Positions 9,651-16,720 of a stretch of DNA of 64,000 nt are shown in pieces. This stretch comes from an uncultured Klebsiella sp. (GTDB taxonomy: Bacteria; Verrucomicrobiota; Verrucomicrobiia; Limisphaerales; SXTU01). Positions within the stretch are counted from its first letter, which is position 1. Each line of letters begins with the position of its first letter. The stretch is from positions 12,401 to 76,400 of the forward strand of contig CAZCBE010000013.1 in NCBI GenBank assembly GCA_964496695.1. The letters are read 5' to 3'. Made by a program: the position numbers and the translations under genes. The notes beneath the pieces were generated by a model. It was not told the DNA's origin. It worked only from the letters and a program-made list of their open reading frames with translations, and did not search any database.

Positions 9651-9748
9651 CAATCCCAACGGGATTGTGTCCTCCAGCCCAAGGTTGCCGAGCTTGCGAG
9701 GTTACCTTGGGTCGCAATTCGGAAATCGATTCAACCGCAACGCGGTTG
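9651..9748. repeat. REP unit (left of RayT)
   Basis: Three consecutive hairpins: caatcccaacgggattg, cccaaggt...accttggg, caaccgcaacgcggttg. Confidence 0.8.
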
Positions 9749-9772
9749 TGGCATTTTCCGCAAGGCGACGAT

Positions 9773-10228
9773 TCAATCCCAAACGTATTTCTCATCCCAC
9801 TCGATCTCGTGCTTGCGCAACAACGCGTGCAACTCGTCCTGAAATCCAATCTTACGGTGATGCTCCTCTTGTCCGGCGATGTATTCCTTGACCTCCGGCA
9901 GCTTCGACTGGCTCACGGAGAAATCCGCATAGCCGCCTTGCCATTCGAAGTCGGCGTAATCGCGACCGCGCTCCTTCAGCCAGAGGTTCGAGACGCGTTT
10001 CAATTCCTTTACCCATTCCGCCTGCGTGATGGTGCGCCCGAAGCGCGCGAGCAGATGCACATGGTCCTCCACGCCGCCGACGAGGAGGGGCGGGCAATCG
10101 AGTTGCTTGGAGACACCGCCGAGATACGCATGGAGCGCGTCGCGCGTGGGTTTGTCGCGCAGGAACGGCCGGCGGTCTTTGGTGGAGAAGACGAGATGAA
10201 TGTAAACGGCGGAAAGGGATTGTGGCAT
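9773..10228 (-). CDS. REP-associated tyrosine transposase (RayT; IS200/IS605-like Y1 HUH transposase)
   Basis: MPQSLSAVYIHLVFSTKDRRPFL...GGVEDHVHLLARF (HUH = HVH)...VKEYIAGQEEHH (catalytic Tyr region). ATG at 10228. Confidence 0.85.
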   Translation of the reverse strand: MPQSLSAVYIHLVFSTKDRRPFLRDKPTRDALHAYLGGVSKQLDCPPLLVGGVEDHVHLLARFGRTITQAEWVKELKRVSNLWLKERGRDYADFEWQGGYADFSVSQSKLPEVKEYIAGQEEHHRKIGFQDELHALLRKHEIEWDEKYVWD

Positions 10229-10298
10229 GTGGGAAGGATGCCAAATCGCGTCGGCGTGTTCCAATCCCAAAGGCGACGTGTCGTCGCGAACCATCGTT

Positions 10299-10526
10299 CA
10301 ATCCCAAAGGGATTGCGTCCACCAGCCCTGGGTTGCGAGGAACGAGCTACCCTGGGAAGTCGGAGGCGGAATTTCACAACCCCAACGGGGTTGCGGCGAA
10401 TTCGCGAGCGATGACGGAAACGGACTGGCCACAACCCCGTTGGGGTTGATGATGATTGGCGGACGGTGCTCCAGGGTAGCTCGCGCCTCGCAACCCTGGG
10501 CTTTGGGACGGAATCCCGTTGGGATT
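10299..10526. repeat. BIME-like inverted pair of REP units (right of RayT)
   Basis: The forward unit 10299-10395 and the inverted unit about 10430-10526 mirror each other (caaccccaacggggttg / caaccccgttggggttg; aatcccaaagggatt / aatcccgttgggatt). Confidence 0.8.
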
Positions 10527-10697
10527 CTTGAGCCGGAGCAGCGCAACTGGCGAGCATGGTGCGTTCAAGCGAACGGAGAGGATGGCAACTATTCCAAGAC
10601 ACTGAATTTCCGAATCGGTGATTCGGAGATCTCCGCGAAGACGGACACTGGCGATTTCCGAGACACTGTCTCGGAAATTCAATGACGCGCCCGCGAA

Positions 10698-10745
10698 CAA
10701 TCCCAACGGGATTGCGCCCTCCAGCCCAAGGTTGGTGCGCCAGCG
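10698..10745. repeat. Truncated REP unit abutting the VOC pseudogene
   Basis: caatcccaacgggattgcgccctccagcccaaggttgg is near-identical to the unit at 9651. Confidence 0.75.
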
Positions 10746-10749
10746 CCTA

Positions 10750-11097
10750 CCGTGCGACTTTCCTCGTGGCAAGGAGGGCGAAATACTCACGGTGGAGTTC
10801 GCCGTCTTCGCCCTTCCGTGCCTGGGTCTCAACGGCGGTCCTGAATTTCCGAAAACCCAAGCCTTCTCCTTCCAAATCGCGACGGACATCCTACTGGAAT
10901 GCGATCGTCAGCAACGGCGGACAGGAAAGCGCGTGCGGCTGGTGCAAAGACCGCTGGGGTATTTCCTGGCAAATCACGCCGCGCGTGTTGATGGACGCGC
11001 TGGCGGCCGGCGGCGCTGAAGCCAAGCGCACCTTCGAAGCGATGATGGAAATGGGCAAGATCACATCGCCAAAATCGAAGCCGCCAGCCACGGCTGA
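10750..11097 (+). pseudogene. Decayed, 5-prime-truncated paralogue of the VOC gene at 9084-9569
   Basis: Nucleotide homology to 9223-9569 starts at ggcaaggagggcgaaat. There is a 17-nt deletion relative to the intact copy at about 10889 (ATDTQEETDRYWNAIV region) and a 1-nt deletion near 11063 (atcgacatc to atcacatc). The reading frame is split across two ORF-track frames (10618.. and 10682..). Confidence 0.85.
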
Positions 11098-11131
11098 AGG
11101 AAACGACGGCGTTGGCTGGACTAACAGCGAA

Positions 11132-13048
11132 TCAAGGTTTCCAATCAGACATAATCTGCTCGAACGCGGCCCAACTTCCAAACAAAGTCGCGTAAATGGG
11201 GCTGTTCACTCGGTAGTTCCTGTCGATTTCAATCTTGGTTGGTTTGCGGCCAAGCCTTCTGGCGAGGCGTTCATATTGGTAGAGCAAGATTCTCCTGATG
11301 TTGTGGCGCGTCGCGTAGGCCGGATCGAGCGTCTGACTAGCGAATACTTCGATAACCCGGTCGTCGAAGGTGACCTCGCATCCTAGCGGCAGATTCAGAA
11401 TCTCTTTTCTGGTTCTCGTGCCACTAGGACCTGCCTGTTCATCCTCTTCAAAGGGAAGAAGTCCCTGATAGTCGAGAATCCTGTGCGCGTTTTTGAAGTT
11501 GCCGATGAAGTCGATGACGGTGCAGTGCGACTTCCCGACATATTTACGCAGTCCACGCCCAAGTTGCTGATAAAAGATTCGCTTCGATTCCGTCGGTCTC
11601 AAAAACAGCAAGCATTCGATGAACGGCAAATCTGCTCCCTCATTCAACACGTCCACAACGCAAAGAATGGGAACAGTCCCATTTTTGAAACTAACCAGCA
11701 TTTGTTGGCGGCTCTGTCTGTCCGTTTCAGACGTGTAAACTGCCGCAGCGATACCTTCCGAATTGAGGCTAGCAGCAACGCGCTCTGCGTGCTTGATGGA
11801 ACAGCAAAAGGCAACCGTCGGCTTTCCTTCGGCTTTCTCACGCCACTTCCGAATTATTCCGCTGTCTCGCTGCGGAACTATGAGCGCCCTTTCGAGATCG
11901 CGAATACTGTAAGCCAGCCCGTTGTGTTTGATTTGGGTGTAATCGATGTCATCAAAACAACCGTAATAGTGGTAAGGGCAGAGAACTCCGGTCTCGATTC
12001 CAAAGCGAAGCTCGTAGCTGACGATGACGTTGTCATTGCACAGCTGAAGAATATCCTGGCGGTCACCCCGAAACGGAGTCGCGGTAAGTCCCAAAAGAAA
12101 ACCCGGTTGAATGCACTCGATGAGTTTCCGATAGGATTTCGCAGCAGCATGATGGAACTCGTCGATTACAACGTAATCAAATTGACCGGCTGACAGTTTC
12201 GCCAAGTTTTCCGCGAGCAGTTTGATAGTCGCGATGTTGATACGATTCAATTGTCGGAATGAAGCCCCTCGCTCCAAGCGCACGACATTATCCGCACCAA
12301 ACTTGGCTTCAAATTCGGACTGAGCCACGTCCAAGATTTCGTGCGTGTGCGCAACGTAAAGAACTCGGGCCGGGTTTAGTGCCTTGGCGTCCTCGGCTGA
12401 GATTCGCGTTTTGCCGCTACCTGGTGGTAATACCACCAACCCAGTCTTTTGTTTCAATGCGTGGGCTGTTGCTAAACCCTCTAACGCTTCCTTCTGTAGC
12501 AAATTCAAAATCCGCTTTGGCGGCGAGTATCCGCATTTGCATCGTCCGGCAGAAACTCGACTCGCGTCGCGCGGGCACAGGAATCCGTGGGCGACGAAGA
12601 GCCGCGCCAAATCCACCACGTCAAAAATCGAATAGCGGCAGCCAATCTCTTCGCAGGTTGTGCAAAACTGCTCTTTCGCCGGGTCGAGGATAGTTCCCGG
12701 TGCGGCGAAGACTGCGAACTTCAAGCCATCGATTTTCTTGAGCCGGTAAATCTGATGTGAAACGTCGGATTGTCGAACAGTTGAGAATGATTTCCCTTTC
12801 AGAATAAAAGCCGCCAAGCCGTGCTGGCCTTTAACCGTGACCCTGTGTGTGAAGATGTCCGCTATTTCCATTGGCCCATGCGGTGTCTCGCCGAAGTCGG
12901 CGAGAATTGAACGAAGGAAAGGCTCTAACTCCTCCCGCTCATCGAGCTTCTTTACCACACGAATGAGTTCAGGCGTGACATCAGAGGCGGAGAAATCCTT
13001 TGCCTCTTTGAAGTTGTCGAATGCTTCAATTGGAATCAGTAAGCTCAT
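11132..13048 (-). CDS. Mrr-like (PD-(D/E)xK) nuclease domain fused to SF2 DExH helicase with C-terminal HEARO-like repeat
   Basis: Helicase motifs: PPGSGKT (I), VIDEFHH (II), GLTATP (III), VDVLNEGADLP (V), QQLGRGLR (VI). The first 170 aa follow a restriction-endonuclease layout (..EIADIF..AAFILKGKS..FAVFAAPG..IFDVVDLARLF). The C-terminus ...YATLFGSWAAFEQ resembles the homing-endonuclease-associated repeat. GC content is visibly lower than in the flanks. Confidence 0.75.
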   Translation of the reverse strand: MSLLIPIEAFDNFKEAKDFSASDVTPELIRVVKKLDEREELEPFLRSILADFGETPHGPMEIADIFTHRVTVKGQHGLAAFILKGKSFSTVRQSDVSHQIYRLKKIDGLKFAVFAAPGTILDPAKEQFCTTCEEIGCRYSIFDVVDLARLFVAHGFLCPRDASRVSAGRCKCGYSPPKRILNLLQKEALEGLATAHALKQKTGLVVLPPGSGKTRISAEDAKALNPARVLYVAHTHEILDVAQSEFEAKFGADNVVRLERGASFRQLNRINIATIKLLAENLAKLSAGQFDYVVIDEFHHAAAKSYRKLIECIQPGFLLGLTATPFRGDRQDILQLCNDNVIVSYELRFGIETGVLCPYHYYGCFDDIDYTQIKHNGLAYSIRDLERALIVPQRDSGIIRKWREKAEGKPTVAFCCSIKHAERVAASLNSEGIAAAVYTSETDRQSRQQMLVSFKNGTVPILCVVDVLNEGADLPFIECLLFLRPTESKRIFYQQLGRGLRKYVGKSHCTVIDFIGNFKNAHRILDYQGLLPFEEDEQAGPSGTRTRKEILNLPLGCEVTFDDRVIEVFASQTLDPAYATRHNIRRILLYQYERLARRLGRKPTKIEIDRNYRVNSPIYATLFGSWAAFEQIMSDWKP

Positions 13049-13090
13049 TCTATTTTTTCGCTTTTAATCTGAGCCTTCTCATGTCGGCTG

Positions 13091-14665
13091 CTACGGGTTG
13101 AAAAGCTTTTCCACCTTCGCCTTCACTGCGGCATCCATTATAATCAGCGGCGGCCAAGGGCGTTTGAAACCCTCACCCGGGATCTTCTTCGTCGCGTCGA
13201 TGCCGAGTTTGCTGCCGCTGGCGATTTCGCTGGTGGCGTGGTCGAGCACGTCGGACGGGCCTTTGGTGAAGATGCTGTCGCGTTGCGGGTCGGTGTTGGC
13301 GCAGAGGCGGAAGAGGACTTCGCTGGTGTTGTGCACGTCCACGTCGTCGTCCACCACGATGATGTATTTGGTGAACATCATCTGGCCCATGCCCCAGAGG
13401 CCGTGCATGATTTTGTAGGCTTGCATCGGGTAGGTCTTGCGGATGCTCACGAAGACGAGGTTGTGGAAGACGCCTTCGGCCGGCAACGCGATATCCACGA
13501 TCTCGGGGAAGTTCATCTTGAAGATGGGCAGGAAGAGTTTCACGGACGCGCCGCCGATGTAGAAGTCCTCCATCGGCGGGATGCCGACGATGGTGGCGGG
13601 ATAGACGGCGTCTTTGCGGTGCGTGATGGCAGTGACGTGGAAGACAGGATACGGCTCGGGCAAGGTGTAATAGCCGGTGTGATCGCCGAACGGGCCTTCG
13701 TCGCGCAGCGGCTCCTTGGGGTCAATGTAGCCCTCGATGACGAAGTCGGAATTCGCCGGCACCTCCAGGTCGTTGGTCTCGCACTTCACCAGCTCCACGG
13801 ACTTCTTGCGCAGGTAGCCCGCGAGCAAGAACTCATCCAGTCCATCCGGCAGCGGCGCGGTGGCGGCGAAGGGATACATGGGATCGCCGCCGAGGAAGAT
13901 CGCGACGGGCATGCGCTCGCCGCGCTCGTAATAACGACGGCCATGGCGCGCGGCCACCTTCTGGAGCTGCCAGTGCATGCCCGTGGTGCGGTCGTCGTAG
14001 ATCTGCACGCGATACATGCCGAGGTTGCGATCGTCCGTGTCGGGATCGCGCGTGACGACGCAGGGCAGCGTGATGAAGCGACCGCCGTCGAGGGGCCAGC
14101 AGTTGAGGATGGGGAGGTTGAGAAGAGTTGAAGGGTTGAAGGGTTGAAGGGTTGAAGGGGGTTCGCTGCCGGCACCCCCTTTAACTTTTGAACCTTTAAA
14201 CTCTTCAACTGACGGCGCGGCCGGCCACGCTTCTGTGCGCGTCGGCGGGGAATCGAACTTATGGATGACTTCCTTGCACGGACCGTCCTTGACCAGCTTG
14301 GGCTTGGCGTGACGGAGGTCAATGGCGAGCGAGAGCAGCTTCATCGCCTCGCGCATCGAGGTGGGCGGCTTGGCCTTCATCAGCGCGCCGAGTTCGGCGG
14401 CGACCTCGTCCACGGAGCCCGCTCCCATGCTCATGGCCATGCGCTTGTGCGAGCCAAGGGTGTTGATGGCGACGGGGAAGGGAGAGACGACGCCATTGAC
14501 GGTGGGCTGCTCGATGAGCAGGGCCTTGCCGCCGCCGGGCTTCTTCATCTCGCGGTCGGCCAGCTCGGTGATTTCCAGTTCGGTGGCCAGGGGCTGGCGG
14601 ATGCGGGTCAGCTCCCCTGCCCTGTCGAGCGCCTGCACCCATTCCCGGAAGGAGTCAAATGCCAT
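13091..14665 (-). CDS. UbiD-family (prenylated-FMN dependent) decarboxylase
   Basis: MAFDSFREWVQALDRAGELTRI..., LPILNCWPLDGGRFITLP, GMYRVQI, EGPFGDHTGYY are UbiD hallmarks. The gene carries an in-frame palindromic insert (see 14124-14210). Confidence 0.85.
   Translation of the reverse strand: MAFDSFREWVQALDRAGELTRIRQPLATELEITELADREMKKPGGGKALLIEQPTVNGVVSPFPVAINTLGSHKRMAMSMGAGSVDEVAAELGALMKAKPPTSMREAMKLLSLAIDLRHAKPKLVKDGPCKEVIHKFDSPPTRTEAWPAAPSVEEFKGSKVKGGAGSEPPSTLQPFNPSTLLNLPILNCWPLDGGRFITLPCVVTRDPDTDDRNLGMYRVQIYDDRTTGMHWQLQKVAARHGRRYYERGERMPVAIFLGGDPMYPFAATAPLPDGLDEFLLAGYLRKKSVELVKCETNDLEVPANSDFVIEGYIDPKEPLRDEGPFGDHTGYYTLPEPYPVFHVTAITHRKDAVYPATIVGIPPMEDFYIGGASVKLFLPIFKMNFPEIVDIALPAEGVFHNLVFVSIRKTYPMQAYKIMHGLWGMGQMMFTKYIIVVDDDVDVHNTSEVLFRLCANTDPQRDSIFTKGPSDVLDHATSEIASGSKLGIDATKKIPGEGFKRPWPPLIIMDAAVKAKVEKLFNP
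14124..14210. repeat. 87-bp palindromic element embedded in frame in the UbiD-family CDS
   Basis: The left arm is agagttgaagggttgaagggttgaagggttgaaggggg and the loop is ttcgctgccggca. The right arm is ccccctttaacttttgaacctttaaactcttcaact. The element encodes VEEFKGSKVKGGAGSEPPSTLQPFNPSTL on the minus strand. Confidence 0.75.
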
Positions 14666-14784
14666 GCCGCGAGGCTAGCAGGCGGTGGCCGGGATGCAAT
14701 TCAGTCGGGACGTGGGACGTGGTGCGTGAATAACAAGACCAGCGCGGACGGGTTCACGCACCACGCACCACGCGCCACGCTGCT

Positions 14785-15351
14785 CTACTTGCTGCCCGGC
14801 TTGGTGGCCGGGGTGGCGGCGAGGTCGGGCGGGAGCTGGTCGGCGGGGAAGGCTTCCACCACGAGCTTGATGAGGCTGACGGTGGGCACGCCGAGGTCCA
14901 CGCCACCACCGGAGCGGTCCACGACCATGCCGACTCCGGCCACGACGCCGTCGTGCATGCGGACGATGTCCATGGTCTCCTGGACGCGGCCGCCCTTGGT
15001 GACGACATCCTCGACCACGAGCAGTTTCTCACCGGGAGTAATCTTGAACCCGCGCCGCAGCACGAGCCGCCCCTCCTCCTTCTCGACGAAGATGAAGCGC
15101 AGGCCGAGCTGACGGGCGACTTCCTGGCCGATGACCAGGCCGCCCATCGCCGGGGAAATGACGGTCGTGGCACCCAACGGGCGGAGGCGGTCCGCCAGCG
15201 CCGCGCCGAACTGCTCGACAATCGGCATCTGCTGGAGCGCGAGCGCGCATTGGAAGAACTGGCGGCTGTGCAGGCCGCTGCGGAGGATGAAGTGGCCTTC
15301 CAGGAGCGCGCCGGTCTGGCGGAACAGGCGCAGGGCATCGTCATTCGTCAT
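14785..15351 (-). CDS. pyrE: Orotate phosphoribosyltransferase
   Basis: 188 aa. LLEGHFILRSGLHSRQFFQCA and the PRPP-binding loop LLVVEDVVTKGGRV. Confidence 0.85.
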   Translation of the reverse strand: MTNDDALRLFRQTGALLEGHFILRSGLHSRQFFQCALALQQMPIVEQFGAALADRLRPLGATTVISPAMGGLVIGQEVARQLGLRFIFVEKEEGRLVLRRGFKITPGEKLLVVEDVVTKGGRVQETMDIVRMHDGVVAGVGMVVDRSGGGVDLGVPTVSLIKLVVEAFPADQLPPDLAATPATKPGSK

Positions 15352-15412
15352 GCGCGCACTTTAGCGAGGCCCCACGGCTTCGGCCAGAAGTATGGCGGGG
15401 AAACGCACTTCG

Positions 15413-16438
15413 CTAACGCACGACCTTATACAGCGGACTACCAGCCAGCTTGGTAGGCACACTCAGGAGGAAGCGGCCACAGGTGACGTAGAGCGTCCGC
15501 CCGTCCGGGCCGCCGAAGGCGCAGTTCGTGATGGTGTCCTCCGGCGTCTCCACAAAGGCGACGAGCTTGCCCTGCGGGGTGAGGACATGGATGCCCGGGC
15601 GGGTGTCGAGCGTCTCGCTGGTGCCGCGCGGCTTGTGCAGTCCGGCGGCGATGTAGAGGTTGCCCGCCGTGTCCAAACGCATGCCGTCGCCGCCGCGACC
15701 GGGGTAGAACGTGTAGAGGATGCGATGGTTGGCGAGCGTGCCGTCGGGCTTGAGGTCGTAGGCGCGGATCACCCGCGCACGGTTCAAGCGGCCGTCCGAT
15801 TCAATGAGGTAGAACGAGTGGCTGTCGGGCGAAACGGCCAGGCCATTGGGCATGTCAATGTCCGGCGCGGCGAGGATGCGCGCGGTCTTGCCGTTGGGAT
15901 CAATGCGATAGACCGAGTTGACGTTGCCCGTGGCGGCGTTGGTGTTGGCGAGACGCGCGGTGAAGTAGATGCGCCCGCTGCCATCCACGCACAGGTCGTT
16001 CGGCCCGCCGAGGGGGAAGCCGTTGAACTTGTCGCACAGCACGGTCTGCTCGCCGGTCTTCAGATCGGTGCGGGTGACGCGGCCATTCGTGCCGTCGCCC
16101 GCCTCGCACATCAGCAGCCGGCCCTGCTGGTCGAAGGCCTGGCCGTTGGCTCCGTTGCTGGGCTTGCGAAAGGTGGACAACTGTTTGGTCTTCGGCTCCC
16201 ATTTGAGAATCTCGCCGGTGTTCGTGAAGTAAACGTTGCCGTCCGCATCCACCGCCGGGCCTTCGGTGAAGTTCTTCGTGCCGGGCAGCGTGGTTTCGGT
16301 CTGGAGCGCGCCGAGATACTTGGCGGTTTCCAGGCCGGAGTAGCGGTCGGCGGCGGTGAGGGAAGCGGTGAGCAGCGAAATGACGACGAGCGTGGCGAGC
16401 GGGAAGCGTTGGCGCATGACCTGTCTTGACGCACGCAC
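15413..16438 (-). CDS. SMP-30 / gluconolactonase / LRE-family beta-propeller protein, secreted
   Basis: Signal-like N-terminus (alternative ATG at 16417). Repeated propeller segments: EGPAVDADGNVYFT, PNDLCVDGSGRIYFT, PNGLAVSPD, DGMRLDTAGNLYIA, NCAFGGPDGRTLYVT. Confidence 0.8.
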   Translation of the reverse strand: MRASRQVMRQRFPLATLVVISLLTASLTAADRYSGLETAKYLGALQTETTLPGTKNFTEGPAVDADGNVYFTNTGEILKWEPKTKQLSTFRKPSNGANGQAFDQQGRLLMCEAGDGTNGRVTRTDLKTGEQTVLCDKFNGFPLGGPNDLCVDGSGRIYFTARLANTNAATGNVNSVYRIDPNGKTARILAAPDIDMPNGLAVSPDSHSFYLIESDGRLNRARVIRAYDLKPDGTLANHRILYTFYPGRGGDGMRLDTAGNLYIAAGLHKPRGTSETLDTRPGIHVLTPQGKLVAFVETPEDTITNCAFGGPDGRTLYVTCGRFLLSVPTKLAGSPLYKVVR

Positions 16439-16579
16439 GGGCTACGGACTTCGCTGGAGTTGATGCCCCACGCGTTCTGAACCACGGCGGGCCATGGCAT
16501 GGTCAGCGGCCTGACGGCACCATTGAAGCTGCCTCGGCTACCGCCGCCATCGCTTGCCCTCGACGGCGACAAGTCGCCT

Positions 16580-16622
16580 GCGGAAAGCGGTGACAAGTCA
16601 CCGCACTCCAAAACGCCCTGGG
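16580..16622. repeat. Solo copy of the 'caccgcactccaaa' repeat family
   Basis: gcggaaagcggtgacaagtcaccgcactccaaaacgccctggg is related to the inverted pair at 48247-48389. Confidence 0.55.
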
Positions 16623-16720
16623 CCTCCGCCTCACAAAGGCTTGGGTCCCGCATTCGGTGCTTATCCCTCGGAACTCAGTCGGACTTGGGCTTTTCGCCGT
16701 CCTCGGTTAAGGTCAGGCCG

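Larger units (their letters stand above)
9651..10745. mobile_element. REPtron: RayT transposase gene with flanking REP/BIME hairpin clusters
   Basis: The same composite REP unit lies on both sides of the RayT gene. The unit is caatcccaa(c/a)gggattg ... ccc(a/t)gggttgc...accc(t)ggg ... caacc(c)c..g(g)ggttg. It occurs at 9651-9748, 10299-10526 (an inverted pair) and 10698-10745. Confidence 0.8.

Noticed and set aside
9569-10889. ORFs translated across the REP clusters (9569-10414, 10009-10602, 10227-10685, 10374-10889)
   Set aside because: Their sequences are the read-through of REP hairpins (recurring ...NPNGIA..QPWV/PRVAR...PWE...) or the antisense of RayT. This is not protein-like conservation, only repeat conservation.
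10682-11386. 234-aa ORF that looks like a gene with a VOC-like middle
   Set aside because: It is a chimera. It starts in a REP unit, carries only the post-frameshift part of the VOC pseudogene, and then runs antisense into the 3-prime end of the helicase gene.
13238-16429. +-strand ORFs 13238-14131, 14261-15112 and 15392-16429, plus minus-strand alternative frames over pyrE (14754-15344)
   Set aside because: They overlap the well-supported UbiD, pyrE and SMP-30 genes in other frames or on the other strand. They have no motifs.
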